The translations under genes were made by a program, and so were the position numbers. A model generated the notes under the pieces. It searched no databases, was not told the DNA's origin, and saw only the letters and a program-made list of their open reading frames with translations. This document shows positions 39,640 to 53,189 of a stretch of 64,000 bases of DNA, in pieces. The DNA is from Vicugna vicugna. Its lineage: Eukaryota. Numbering within the stretch: position 1 is the first letter of the stretch; each line of letters begins with the position of its first letter. The stretch covers positions 237,852 through 301,851 of the forward strand of contig MU057822.1 in assembly GCA_013265495.1 (NCBI GenBank), in the 5' to 3' direction.

Positions 39640-41620
39640 TGTTTAAACATCTTTTGTTGGCCTTTCCCATTAAAAAACCTTCTTGAATTTTATCTGCCTA
39701 TATTTTTCCATCACAAACTTCTAGAAAAAGCTTTCACCTGTATTTTTCTACTTCACCTTCTTTTTGTCAATGCACTGTCGCCTGCATGGCCTGCCTCTGC
39801 CTTACCATTACAGTAAAACTACTTTTGCCTAGGACAGCCTTGGCCCTTCTATTTTTTTTTTTTTTACTGTACCCAGAACCCAGTGGACTGAATTTAGACC
39901 CTCACTTTCCTGTGCCATGTGTATTTAACATTTGCAACTTTCCTCTTGGAATGCATCTCCTTTGGCTTCTTTCATCTGGCATTCACCTGGTTTTCTTCCT
40001 ACTTCTCTGTCACTTTCGTAGCATCTTCTTTTTTATCCCCCGATATTACTATTCCCTAGAATTCCCTCAGTTCGATCTTCTATAGTTCATACTTAAGCTC
40101 ATCCTTGGTGATGCCATCAGTTTTATGACTTCAGTTGTCAACAATATTCTGATAATCCCAAGTCTCTGTCTTTAGCTCAGATTTCTTTGTAGAACAGTGT
40201 ATTTATGCCATATAGATATTTAAAACCAAAGCTGTCATCATTTCTTTTCCTCACCCCTCAAATCAGCATATCTTCATATTATCCCCCAGTGAATAAACAG
40301 ACTCCTATCCAGTTGCTCCGCATAGAAACCTGTTTGTCATTTTAAAAAATTTGAGTTGAAATTCAAATAACATAGAACTAGCCATGTAAAAGTGTACAGT
40401 TCAGTGGTATTTAGTGTATTCACATGTTGTGTAACTGCTATCTCAGTTTCAAACCATTTTCATCACCCCATGAAAAACTCCCATACCCATAAGTAATTAC
40501 ACTCTGTTTCTCCCTCCTTCTCTATTTGGCTGTTTGTCTCTGTGGATTTGCCTTTTCTGGATATATCACATAAAAGGAGTCATACAGTATGTGACCTTAT
40601 GTGTCTGGTTTCTTTCACTTAGCCTGGTGTTTGAGGTTCATGTAAGTCATAGCATGTATGAGCACTTCATTTATTTTTAATGGCTGAATAATATTGCATT
40701 GCATGTATATGTCATAGTTTCTTTATTCATTCATCAATGGACATTTGGTTTGTTTCCACCCTAGTGGGTAATATTGCTATATAAACATTTGGGTACAAAT
40801 TCCTATGTGGATAGATGTTTTCATTTGTCTTAGGAATGTACCTAGTAGTGTAATTGCTGAGTTATATGTAAACTATACGTTTAACTTTTTGAGGAATTGT
40901 GTGTAATTTTTTCCTTATTTTAAATCCCCCTTTCCCATCATTATTCCCACTATCATATTCTAAAGGTAACTTTCCAGGATTACTTTAGAACTATTTTTGG
41001 GGGTGGGTAGGAACAGAGGGTAGCTAATAAGGAAGGTTTACTTACTCATTTTTACATGAGGTACTGGAGAGGGAACCCAGGACCTTGTGCGTGCTAACTA
41101 AGCACGTGCTCTACCACTTGAGCTACACCCTCTGCCCCAGGATTACCTTAATTGCTTCCTTTCTCTGTCATCACCATACCTTTACTCTATGTCATCTTTG
41201 ACATTCTGTGAGATTGAATTTTGAAAATGTAAATCTCATGAGGTCACCTCATTGTTTTCAAAATGAAACAAAAACACAAACTCTTCAAAGACTCATTGCC
41301 TTCTGGGCCAAGTCCTTAAACATGGCTTATAGAGGCATTCTGCTGTCCTTCTGACATTCTGTCTAGTTTCAGGTGTATGCCCCCTCCGCTGCACCTGTTC
41401 TAGCCATATACTCATCTTCATATTTCAAGTTTTTGCATATGTTCCTCTGTTTAAACCTTGCACCTTCTCTACCCAGATCCTTTGTCTTATTTCAGAAGTC
41501 TCTTCTCTTTTTAGAAGCCTTTTCTGTCTCTTCATGATTATAATGTGCCCTCCCTTCGTGCCCCTCCAAATTCCTATACTATTGGAGCATTTACTACACA
41601 TTGTAACTGCCTGTTTACTT
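39640..41620 (+). mobile_element. L2 remnant interrupted by an L1MB-like fragment (about 40345-40900, minus strand) and a SINE; approximate
   Basis: Pyrimidine-rich L2-like text on both sides. The internal segment aagtgtacagttcagtggtatttagtgtattcaca...tttaactttttgaggaattg is an L1 3' end. Confidence 0.55.
40988..41136 (-). mobile_element. tRNA-Ala-derived SINE (Vic-1-like), 4-nt duplication variant, with TSD
   Basis: TSD ccaggattac(t/c)tta at 40974-40987 and 41137-41150. Head contains gtgcgtgctaactaagca. Confidence 0.85.
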
Positions 41621-43559
41621 CTGTGGAAATCAGAAGCTGATAGTTAAGTGCCAAGGATGTAATACAGACTAAAAGTATGGTTAATAGGAATTTAGTCAAA
41701 GAAGATCATTTGGTAAATTATTTAGGGAGGGCCTCTTGGACAAATATGGGACTTGAATTGGACCTCCAAGGAAGCATTCATGAAGGTACAGTAACTATCT
41801 GCCACTGAAGGTCCATTAAATCTGTTAAATACCCATGGATCTAGGCTATGAGGATCCATGCTAGGAGCAAGAGCAAGGATGAAAGTGAGGCAGATGAACA
41901 TTCTTCAGTGTTGCTTTCGTGTTACTTGATGAGACAAGCAGTGAACATAATCACTCCTGTAGGAGAAAAGCACGGAAAGAATGTGCAGGAAATTCTCAAA
42001 GAATGCATGGTGTATGGGCAAAAATGAGAAGCAATGATGTGCTTTATGGAAAGTATAAGGAAGTTTTCAAGGGTAATTTTGACTGTATGTGCTAATTTCA
42101 GAGTTTATCCACTTACATTTGTAAAATTCCCCTGGACTTCTGATGGAAAACACAACAACTAGGTGATTTCTGGATATATTATAGAATCTTCCACAAGACT
42201 CTTGTATATAGTGTTGGAGAAGATGGTCTGAGTAATGTAATAGTGTTTATCCAGAGAAAGGTTAGAAATGGATAACTCAGTGTAGAAATTATCTCCTGCA
42301 TTGTGATTGTCTGGCTCTATCCTGTTCCTCAGTTGACAGTAGGAGTGGAATTTTCACCTATTTTCCAGTCGGTCTGCAGCATATTGGCACTCAGTAAATG
42401 TCTGCATTTATAAACAAAACAGCAAGATTGAAATGCAATTTTTTGCATTTTCAGTATTTTTGAAATGTCTTAGAATAGCTATTTAAATGTAAAAGTGCAT
42501 TTTTTGTGTTTTGAAACATAGTACTGATTTAAAACTATTTTTAAAAGTCTGTTATGCCTGTTAGGCAGAACTATTAGACTTATTAAAAAAAATCTCCCCT
42601 TAAGTTTTGAGAGAAGAAGCCATTCATTTTAAAATATAAATAAACTTTCACTTTTGGCTCTCTGTTTCACCGGCATATTGGGGTGTTAAATCCTAGTTAT
42701 TAAAATAACCACCTCTGATTCCTCAAAAAAATTAATATTTTCTTCTCAGTTACTAACACACTTGGTTCAGTCTTTTATAGCACTTTAAGTTGGATTACTT
42801 ATCATTAGAGTGAGCTCCTTGAAGATAATGGCAGGAATTATGAGAATTAAAACCTGTTCTGCTACTTCTAGCAAGTCCTCTTTAAATTGCTCTCCTGTGT
42901 GCTTTGTCCCCACTTCTCAATTTGAGCCAATCAGTGCCCCTTGTTGATGATTTATATATTTACACACACACACACGATTGTGGTGATTGCCTTGGATTGT
43001 GGTGATCAATATGTAAAAAATTATATAATTTAAATGTGTAAAATTTACTGAGTGTTAATTATATGTCATTACAGCTGTTAAAAAAATCCTGACATAATAC
43101 CCACTATCAATAGGTCATTACTTTATTAAGCTTCCTGTCTCCAGGAATTGTTCAGACTTTGCACTCTTTCTCACCAGCTCCTCTAAGGTCCCATCTTAGC
43201 CTGTGTGTTCCCACTTCACCATTTTTTTGCCTCTGTTCTTGTCCCCACCTCCTTGATCAGAGGAGTGCCAGAATACTTTCTCTGGAAGAGGAAAATCTCA
43301 CTTTGCTACTGCTGCTCCCATAGGCTCCAGCTATTTTTCTTAAACACTCCTGGATACTGAAAACTGGCAGGACAATTGGAGCCTCTGCTCTCTCTGTGCT
43401 CAGAGTCTGATGGTCCACACATGAACACCAGCTGTAGATGTGTATCCCCAGGAATACAGAGGACTTATCATATAGATGTACAGTTATTAGTATAAATAAA
43501 GGTTGGTTAAGCAGCAAAATTCTAATGAAAAGATAGCAGGCACTCTATTGGTATTTCTA

Positions 43560-43725
43560 AAATGTACCCTAAAGACCACAGCTTAAGAATTAGCAGAATT
43601 ACTGGTTTGATTTCCTTCTGAACCAAAATCTCTGGGGAATGGGCCTGGAAATCTGCATTTGAGCAAGCTCTCTGTACCACTATACCTATATGCCACCATA
43701 GGGCTACTAGAATGTTAAGAACCTA
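43560..43725. mobile_element. MER5-like hAT-Charlie DNA transposon remnant; approximate
   Basis: aaatctctggggaatgggcctggaaatctgcatttgagcaagctc...ttaagaacc. Confidence 0.5.
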
Positions 43726-43965
43726 GCTGGAAACCAGGGTAGAAGTAAAGGGCAGTAGAAATCGATCTGGATAGTTTGCTTTACCCTTTTCTTCCTTGTG
43801 TTACAGAAATGGAAATGTTTTGGACATCAGGTAGCATTTTGCTAATTGATTCAGGTGTTTTCATTTAATAGGTTAGAATTTATAACATGTATATTCAGGG
43901 TCTGTATTGAATATTGAGTGAAGATTATATACTTAAAATTTGATAAAATTTTTCTTTTCCCACAG

Positions 43966-44068
43966 AACTCAACAAAAATCCAGTGGAAGGCTTTTCAGCA
44001 GGTTTAATAGATGACAATGATCTCTACCGATGGGAAGTCCTCATTATTGGTCCTCCAGATACACTCTA
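43966..44068 (+). CDS. UBE2G1: UBE2G1 coding exon 2 (103 nt): (E)LNKNPVEGFSAGLIDDNDLYRWEVLIIGPPDTL(Y)
   Basis: Acceptor ttttcttttcccacag|AACTC and donor CTCTA|gtaagt. Hand translation gives the N-terminal part of the UBC fold and matches the mammalian UBE2G1 sequence as I recall it. Phase 1 at the start, phase 2 at the end. Confidence 0.97.
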
Positions 44069-46223
44069 GTAAGTATCATGAACTGACACCCAAGTGGAAC
44101 TCTTTTAATTAACTGAAATATAAACTATTTTGATAAACTGAAGTTTCCTAGTTTATAAAAGCAATAGTTAAGTTAATCACTTTACATTAATCATTATTAA
44201 CGGATGTAAAGATAGATAATAGAATGTAGTGTTATCAAAGAGCAGAAGAAAAAGATGGGATTTCTTAAATATGTTATATAATACATTTTTAGATGCAAAG
44301 GCCACTGTCTTATTGTCTGTTACGAGTGTTTGAAGACAAACTTAAACTCACTAATATTTAATGTTCTATAGGATGGATCATGGCTATCTCATGTTAGTGA
44401 CTACTAGTGCAAGTTTTATACTTTTTATAGAAGTTGAGGTATTGGAAAAAATGCAGCAGCCTCTCAACAACTGAGTGGCAGCAGGGACTTTCTTGGGGAC
44501 TACAGTTTCTTACTCAGTCGTGATCCTTGATGGTACTAAGCAGTAAGGATACGGATACATCAACAGTTTTTTTTGATGATGGTCAAGTAGTTTATTTTAG
44601 ATGTTCTGAGATGGCAGCTCTTCTCCCGATTCCCCATCCCCTGTAAAACATCTGATAGAAGAGAAAATTCAGAGCTACTTCTATACCAGAGCAGGTTGGA
44701 TATGACATGCAGAGTTGAACTGTAGTACTGATTTGAGGGTTTTCTAAGATCAGAAGAAATGTTTTTGTCACAACTACTGCCAATCAAAATTTTTGTTGAT
44801 TTATTTCCCAGTGCTATGTTTGCATTGGTAATTGTTGCAAACTAAAATACCTCAATTTAATCATTCCACAATGTTAGTTTGCAAGATAATAATAACCAAT
44901 GAAAACCATCCTGTAGGTACTACCTCACAACCTTAGTATTATTTGAAAGCAAATTTCTTACCAAACTTTGCATACAAAACCATATATCCAGCCGGCTTAT
45001 GAGCATGATGAGGGTCTATTCTTCTAGGTTTTTAAATCAAAACACATCACATGAAGGTTTACTCAAGGGAAACCCAGCGACATTTCAGGGACAAAATCTT
45101 GTTACCCTTAAGAGTTGATATGTAATAACTAGAGAAATTCTTCTAAACAAATGTCCATGTAGAAGATTAGTTAGGCATCCAGGTTTGAGCTCCATCTCAA
45201 GGACCTCACAAAATTCTTGCACTTTTTTCATGCAGTGGTGGTTAGCATCTCATCTAATACATAATTATTAGCTGGTCCACATATATGTTGTGTCCCTTAG
45301 CTTCACCAAAGAGAGACACTTTACTACTCATTGTACTAATTAACAGGCCATTCTTTTCACCAATAAAAATCTATTTCTGGCCTTCTGTATACGTTTAAAA
45401 AGTGCCACCTGTTGATCTGAGTTGTGGATAGCAGAAACATTTGTGACTGCTCCTCTGGAGTGTGGACTTGCTGATAAGACAACTGGCTGCCACTTCTGCA
45501 CTGTCCCTTCCTGATGAGAGCCCTGGCCACACCTGGGCTGTATAGTTTAATCTCAGGACCACATGTACTTTGAACAAGGTAATGAGTAATGAAACCTTAA
45601 TACAGTTGACAGATCTTATAATAATCAACCATAATTATTTGGATATGATTCCGTTTTATTAATGATCTTTTCTAAAATTCATGTGCTGGAAATTATAAAA
45701 TTGTTTTTAAAGCTCTCAAAAAAGAATTTTAAGGTTTGTTGCGTCTAGACCATCCCTTTTGGCAATTTCCTACATAGAATGGTTGCAAAAATAAAGCATT
45801 ACACTGGCATTTACTGTACTCGTTCATTTAGTTTCCAAATTTTTTTTGAGCAGTCTTTTGCTAGATGCTTGGAATGTGACCTTGAATTAGCTAATAGTCA
45901 CTGCTCCCAAAGAGGTTACAGTTTAGTTGGCAAAACAGATCATGGTCAATTAATACACTTTGAGGACAGCCATGATGGAGGTAGGCATGAGGTATTATGA
46001 GAACTCAATGGGAGTACAGCAGGTTTTGAGTATGTTAGAGAATATTTCCCAGAAGAAGAGATGTCTAATAAGAAAGTTAATTTTGGCTTAGATGATACCC
46101 AGACCTCAGTGATTAATTCATCACTTCATTAGATCATTATATAATAATAGAAAGAATTACTAGTATACTAAAGTTCTGTAAAAAATGGTGTGATATTTCA
46201 CACTGGTATCATTAGCCTTTGTT

Positions 46224-46242
46224 CGGTCACTAGAGGGCACTC
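46224..46242 (+). promoter_or_regulatory. Candidate CTCF binding site in intron 2
   Basis: CGGTCACTAGAGGGCACTC against the core consensus CCACYAGRKGGCRS, with one mismatch. Lies in apparently unique sequence. Motif match only. Confidence 0.5.
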
Positions 46243-49200
46243 CGCACTCTTTACAGTCCATGTAATCAATAATTGGTATATTCAGGCATTGCTTTGAGAT
46301 TGATAGTTGCTGTGAGTATTAACTTAGCTGTTATATTTATCTTCGCACAACATTAAATTTTTGTTCCTGCCCTTGCATTAGTTAATCTTTCTGGTGCTGT
46401 TAAGAGTAGATTCTTGAATAATAGTAACAAAAAGAATAGATTCTTAAGTCTGTCTTTCTACAAAAAGCATTCTGGAAACTGGTATGACATATGTGCCATT
46501 TTCAGACTAATGATTATCAAGTAGTGTGGATAGCCACCCATATCCACAGGAAGAAAAATGTCAAGTAGGAGTGGCAATAGGTTTTTAAAGAAACTTTAGG
46601 AGACAAGAGTATCACTGTGTAATTATAAATTTTATAAATTTGTATTGGTGAATGGTAAATGTATACCTTCTTTATTTCTTATTCTCTTTTTCTTTCATCA
46701 CTAATGGCTAGTGTGCTCAAGAAGTATGCTTGATTTTGTTTCTTACTGCTGGCAGTGGTGTGAAAAATTTGGGGAATCTTAAGATTATATGAATTTTTCA
46801 AGATTATATGTATTTTGTAGTATTGTCTTACCTTCAGTGGATATAGAAAATGAAGAGTTGGCTACCCAAACTCTCTAATTCTAACCATGTACAGTAACAA
46901 AATTCTTCTTACAGTCCTCTTTAAAACTTATATGGCACAAGCCGCATATTCTGTAATGAAGTTTTGGAGGGAATGAACCTGGTGCCCATGTTGCTTAGAG
47001 ATTGATTAATCAGTGGCAGTGCCATGTCATTTATCATTAAGTGCTTAACTTCATGAGTATCTTTGTTTAGTTCCCTGAGTGACTTTATTAGTTATGTGAC
47101 TTTGAACAATTGTTTAAACTTTGTCTTGTTTCATTTCTAAGGTAAAACCCTATGCTTGGGAAGTGTTCAGAATGTTTAATGTTCTATTGTTTGTAAAGCA
47201 AAAAAAAAATGGAAGCAATCAGATATTTACTGGGTATAATGGATAAATTGTGGAATGTGGCAAATAAAATGAATGGACATGAGACAGGTATCAGTGGGGA
47301 TGCATATATGTAAAAGAATAACGTTGAGCAAAATTTCAGATGGCAGCACATGGTATATCATCTAAATAAAATAAATTTGGCAGAATGATAGGGTCTGACA
47401 AAGTGAAATGGTAGGATCTGATCCTTGTAAGATGTTTATGATTTTAATACAAAAACAGTAAGGAAAGTCTCATGGAAGAAACTTGGACTCAGCCTAGGTT
47501 TCTCAACCTTTTCAAATGTGAAACTGTTGGTTGCATACCTCTTTTTAACATCATGCTAGTAATTATACTATTAGTATCTGTGATGAAGAGAATATAAAAT
47601 GGAAAGGAAGGTATTCCTATTCATTGATGCTTTTAAAAAGCTTTCCTTTTGCTTACCATAGTAGCATCTTTATATGTTTAAAAATAATGAGTGTGACATA
47701 CTAATATTTAGTCTACTGTGTTTTGTACTCTGGGATTTTTGAATTCCTCTTTCTTACTTGGCTGTTCAGTGTTCACTGTTCACTAGAAGTTTGTGCTCAC
47801 AAGTTGGGATTGCCGATCCAGGCTTTTTTAAACACAGGTAGGATTTTCCCAAGTATCAGGGAAGCTAAGGATTCCATCTGTAGGAAGAAAAACACTTAAG
47901 AAATTGCATGATTGGTTCAGGATGAGTGAGGACATTGCAGACAGAAAGAAAATTATGTTCTTTAAACCTTTAAGGGTAATCCTTTAATCAAATTTGATCA
48001 AAATTTTAAAAATTGAAAATACCTTAATAGACTAAGTCAGTTTTTCATAGTAGGGATTCCAGTTAGCTGATGTAAAGTTTTAAAGTGAATCTGACAGCTG
48101 TCAAAATTCAGGGACCTAGGAAAGCTAACTTAGCATCAAGGAATGGCCTTAACCTGGGAATAAAGTGCATGGACTTTGTGGTAGCTGTTTTGATGTCCTT
48201 TTACATAGATTCTTGGCTACTTTTTATATATGTGGCTTTCAAACTGTTGTTTTTAACCACAACCCATAATCAGAAATATTTTACATCATGACCCAGCGTA
48301 TACTTATGTGTATACGTTTTAGTGAATAGAAAGAAACGTGTAGATTATATAACTGAAACAAACTACTTGTGATAAGCACCTACATTTTCTGTTTTATTTT
48401 TATCTGTTTAGCAAAAAAACTGGTTAGTAACTCACTTAATTAGTTTGCAGCCCCAATTTGAAAAACTAGTTCATAGAATTAAAATGTCCTAAGGGCAGTT
48501 TAGGCACTAACTTATAAAGTTGGGGTAACATAAGCTGAGAGGATAGATTTATCTCTTAAAAGTGTAATGCACTCTTCACAACTGCTATTCCAGTCTCTAT
48601 TTCCATCAGGTCTTCATATTTTCCCCCTTCAACATAGATAATCTCATAAATTATGAAAATTAAGGCCTTGAGGCAGGTGTACAATTTGTCATTTTTCTTC
48701 CTTTTTTACCCCAGATATCTGTACTACATTCAGTCTGTTTTCTTTCTGTGCAGAAGGAAAGTATGTTCTTTATTTTTCTTGGTAAGGCCCTTTACTTATT
48801 TTCTTTCTTCTGATTTCTTAGTTACTCTTTTCCTAATATCTCTAGCCTTTCTGCTAGCACCTTCCCATCTCCTCGCAAACAGACTGGGGTTGTTCTCCTC
48901 TTCTAAAGCTTTTCATTGGTACTGTTTCCGCATCTAGTTACCACCTTCTGTACCTTGTAAACCTCTCAGTTTGTCCTGTTCATTATGCTTGTGTGTTACC
49001 ACCCCATTCTTTCTTTATTCCCTTGCAGATGTTTTCTTAATTACTTTTATCAAAATTGTAGAGGTTACTTTTTATATTGAGTCCACTGGCCTTTCCTAAG
49101 TATTCAGAAGTATTTGGTGTTAATGATCTACCTTTCTCTGTTTAACTCCCCCACTCCCATCTTGCTTTTATGATCAGAAAAAGGCAATAATAATTAATAT

Positions 49201-49984
49201 TTTGCTTGTGGTTAACAGAATTCAAGCTGCATCAGAAAAGTAAAAGATCTCATAATCTTGTGTTCCAGAGTTAACTATTATGTATTGGTGTCATGTTTCC
49301 AGACATTTTTCTGTTTGTATACAAACATACCCTCACTTTTTTTCTTAAAGACAAATGAGCTTATTCTGTAGGTACTTTTTAAAAAATTTAACAATAGATT
49401 GCACATATAATTCCATTATTTATTACTGATATTTTCTTCTGACACTAGAATGGTAACGTGCCATAAACCTATGATCTCTAATGTCTCATTCTCTGTTGTA
49501 TCCTTCTTCATAAAACAGTGTATTGCGTAATTAGATAATCAATGTTTATTTGTGTAATGAATGAAAGCCACTTAATGAGCTGATTTGATTTCTTACTGAT
49601 CTGAAACAAACACAATCAGATGACCCTGCTCTGATGGGGTATACATCTTATAATAAAAGAAAGAGGTGCAAATTGGTTTTGCAATGAAGAAATGAAAGGA
49701 GGTCCATGTGATAGAGGGGCACAGTGGCTAGTTAATATGGGGTAGTCAAGTAAAGTCTTTCTCAAGAGGTAACATTTAAGCTGAGTTCTGAATGATGACA
49801 GAGGGAGTAGGATATTTCAAACAGAGGAAACAGCTAATACTAACGACACACGGCAGGAACTTAGTCGTTTTTACTCCATAAGGCTGACTTTTTTCCATCG
49901 GTTTTCATTAACATATATGATAAATTGTATTGTTTTGACAGTTGTTCAAGAACAGTTCTTAAGTAAATGGTAGTGCTCTGAAAC

Positions 49985-50157
49985 TGCACTTACACAGCAG
50001 TCACTAGCCACATGTGGCTGTTACAATTAAAATAAGATTAAAAATTCAGTTCTTCAGTTGTACTAGCCATATTGCAAGTGGCTAGTGGCCACCATATTGG
50101 ACAGCATGACCATAGACCATCTCTAACGTGCAAAAAGTTCTATCGCACAGCACTGCT
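49985..50157. mobile_element. MER3-like hAT-Charlie MITE
   Basis: cactagccacatgtggct...aaaattcagttcttcagttgtactagcca...gtggctagtggccaccatattggacagc...aaagttctatcgcacagcactg. Confidence 0.75.
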
Positions 50158-50783
50158 TTGAAAAGTCACTAGAATATGAACTCATTGAGAGACTATATTC
50201 TCTGCTTTACTCCCAGTGTCAAACCTGTAAAGGCTGAATAAATATTTATTAAATGATAAGGTGAATAAGTGGATGGATGGATGGAAGGTCAGCATAACTT
50301 TTCCCAGAGAGGGTACAATAAAATGCGTAAGCTCTCAGATGAGAAAAAGCTTATTGTGTTTAAGGAACAGAAAGAAGACGGACTGGAACAGAGGGAAGAG
50401 CGATAGGTGGAGATCAACATAGAGAAATTGCCAACTTGATCTCTATAGGCAACGTTAAATTTAACTTCTGAATTTTAAGTACACTGGGAAGTGACAGAAA
50501 GGTTTAAGCAGTGGAGCAGTAATGTGATCTGATCTGGATGCCTTTTGTAAGCTAACAGTTTCTTTCATTTTACTAGTTTGTTGAGAGTTTAATAAGGTGG
50601 TAGGTATGATAGTTTATTAAACTGGGTATTTGAGTAAGTAAACAGTCTGCTTGAAATCCAGATTATTTATTTACTTCATTTTTAGTGTTAGCACTAGCAC
50701 CCTTGTTTTATGTTTGTTTTAATAATTGTCTTATGAGCAGGAACTTATAGGCAAGAACTTGTTTTTGTTTTTGTTTTTTCCAG

Positions 50784-50881
50784 TGAAGGTGGTGTTTTTA
50801 AGGCTCATCTCACTTTCCCAAAAGATTATCCCCTTCGGCCTCCTAAAATGAAATTCATTACAGAAATCTGGCACCCAAATG
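50784..50881 (+). CDS. UBE2G1: UBE2G1 coding exon 3 (98 nt): (Y)[32 protein letters not shown](V)
   Basis: Acceptor ttgttttttccag|TGAAG and donor AATG|gtaagt. Contains the E2 hallmark motifs FPxDYPxxPP and HPN. In frame with exon 2 (TA+T = Tyr). Confidence 0.98.
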
Positions 50882-52942
50882 GTAAGTTTATCTAGTTTTA
50901 CTTATGTATTTGCAAGTATGATGGCCTGTCACTGAAGTTTCCAAGGTCAATAAGAAAGATGTAGTTCTCAATGAAATTGTTTTGGAATTTTTGTACTAAC
51001 TTCATTGTGTTCATTATGTACATGGGCTTGTATTAGATTGTTTAGAAGAGAAGGAGTAACAGAGATAACATGGGAAATTTATTTATTTATTTATTTTCTT
51101 ATTTATTTAGTTTTCAGCTCTTTCAGACTCATGGTGTTCCAGATTAGAGGCAAGGCTGGTGATACTCAGCGTTAGTAGAGCTCTTGTAATTGAGGAGATA
51201 ATTTCCAAGGTATTAGGTGACTCACTGGCTGTTACAAAGAGCACAGAATTAACTAAACTTGGATTTTTAATTTGTAATTTCTCATCTTACCTCCTAGACT
51301 ACGGACAACTCTCAACTTTTTATATGTATTCTTAGCTGTAAAAGAGGAATGTCTTACCTACTTCATAAAGTGATTGAAAGAGTCAAATCAGATAAAGTAC
51401 TGTGTGTTGAAACTTTTGAAAAGTGTCCAGTACTGAGGTGCATAAAATGGTGACATTGACTTTTTTACCCAAAGATATACTGCCATTTAAAATCCACTTT
51501 GTGAGCAAAAGGTTAGCCTAGGTAAACTACTTATGTTTGTAGAGTCTCCCTAAAGTTTTGGCTTTGTTTTGTATAATAGAGCTCACAAGAATTTCTTACC
51601 TAAGTATTTTGACTATTAGTATTTTGTAATCAGAGCCTTTTTAGACTATTACACTTACCTGCATGCTACTTTTCATAGTCCAGACTTTCAGTGGCAAGGA
51701 AAAGAAACCCTTATATATTAGTTTCAGTAAAAATCAATGAGAGAGTAATGGATGCATGAATAAATTAAGGCTTTACTACAAGGAAATCGAGTGTTTATTA
51801 GAACCCAATGGCTTGTAAAATAGGTGGGTCTTGAGACTAGAGTGGTGAATGGAAACTATTGGGAGCCACCATGCTTCACTGTATCTAAGATAGCAGCGAT
51901 GACAAAGACAGTTATTTTTTCTACAGTAAGAAGGAGAAAAATGATTTCTTTCTGGGGGAATGCATTAACGGTAGTCCTGCATGATGTATGGATGTATGAA
52001 TCGACCACATCTGCCTCTTGTTGCTCGGGCATTTCTTTCCTTTTTTCTTAGGCTTTTGGCAATTCTTCTGTTTTCACTTGAATCATTTGATGCATCATAA
52101 GTCAGTGGTTTTGCACCTATTTCAAAGGAAAATGTAACAAAGTTTCTGAATGTTGGCTTCACCTCCAATTAGCTATGTAACTGCAGGCAAAGCCTCTCTG
52201 AGCCTTATTTTGTCTGTGAGAGTTAAATGAGAATATATATGTGAAGCAATACATGGGACTTCTGTTAAGAGGAATAGTAGCAATGGCATGGGTAGCTTAA
52301 GAGGACAACTGAAATGAGTGTTTTGTTTGGTTTTTAAGGTTGAAGCAACTTTGGTTTGCAGGCCATAAGGGAGAAGGCATTAGAGAGTGAAATAATTAAG
52401 ACTTGATTTGAGAGAAGAGATGCTTTGTGAAGAAAGGATCTGGAGAAGGCGATTGGGCAGGGATGGCTAAAAGAGCTAGACTTAGAAAGGAGTCAGAATC
52501 ATTCTGCAGTAGAAATGAGAGGGAAAATGAGCATTTGAGTTTCTGCTAGGTGCTGAAAATAAAAAGATAATGAATGAGTTATGATCTCTTCCTATAAGGA
52601 TATTATGGTTGATGTGAGGGAAAGACGGACATTAACAGTGAAACAGAGATGACAGATGTTGTAAAGGTGTTTGGTAGGATAGAAGAGGGAGTCAGGAACT
52701 GATTCTTACAGGATGTGATTCTTGAACAGAATTTTGAATATGTACCTCGAGGTGTGGGAACTCATTCAGTTTAAGGCTGTACAGTAGGTTCATCTTGACT
52801 ATATCTTCATCTAGAGAGATTATACTCAAGGGGAGAGGGTTGGAAAGGGAAGCCAGACTAAATAGCCAGGAGGTAGAGGACTTTAGCAATGGTTCCATAA
52901 GAGACAATGAAAGCTTGAATTGAGAGTAGAAGCAAGAAGGAA

Positions 52943-53081
52943 GGGGTGGGGTACAGCTCAGTGGTAGACTATGTGATTAGCATGCATGAGGTCCTGGGTT
53001 CAATCTCCATTGCCTCCATTTAAATAAATGAGTAAATAAACCTAATTACCCCCCCCCCCCAAAGAACAGCAGCAACAAAAA
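52943..53081 (+). mobile_element. tRNA-Ala-derived SINE (Vic-1-like)
   Basis: ggggtggggtacagctcagtggtag...gtcctgggttcaatctcc...aaacctaattacc(C)n. Degenerate TSD agagtag..gca.gaaggaa at 52923-52942 and 53082-53101. Confidence 0.88.
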
Positions 53082-53189
53082 AGAGTAGTGGCAGGAAGGA
53101 AAATTTAGTTATTCTCACTTGTTGACTACGAGATGTGGGTAGTAATGGAGAAGTAAGAATTTATTAATGGACCATTTACAAAATATTTA

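Larger units (their letters stand above)
1..43965 (+). other. UBE2G1: 3' part of UBE2G1 intron 1 (exon 1 and promoter are upstream of the window)
   Basis: No sequence encoding the expected N-terminus (MTELQSALLLRRQLA) and no CpG island was found. The region ends at the exon 2 acceptor. Confidence 0.88.

Noticed and set aside
41834..41860. Hairpin catggatc...gatccatg
   Set aside because: An 8-bp stem is expected by chance in 64 kb, and there are no ncRNA features.
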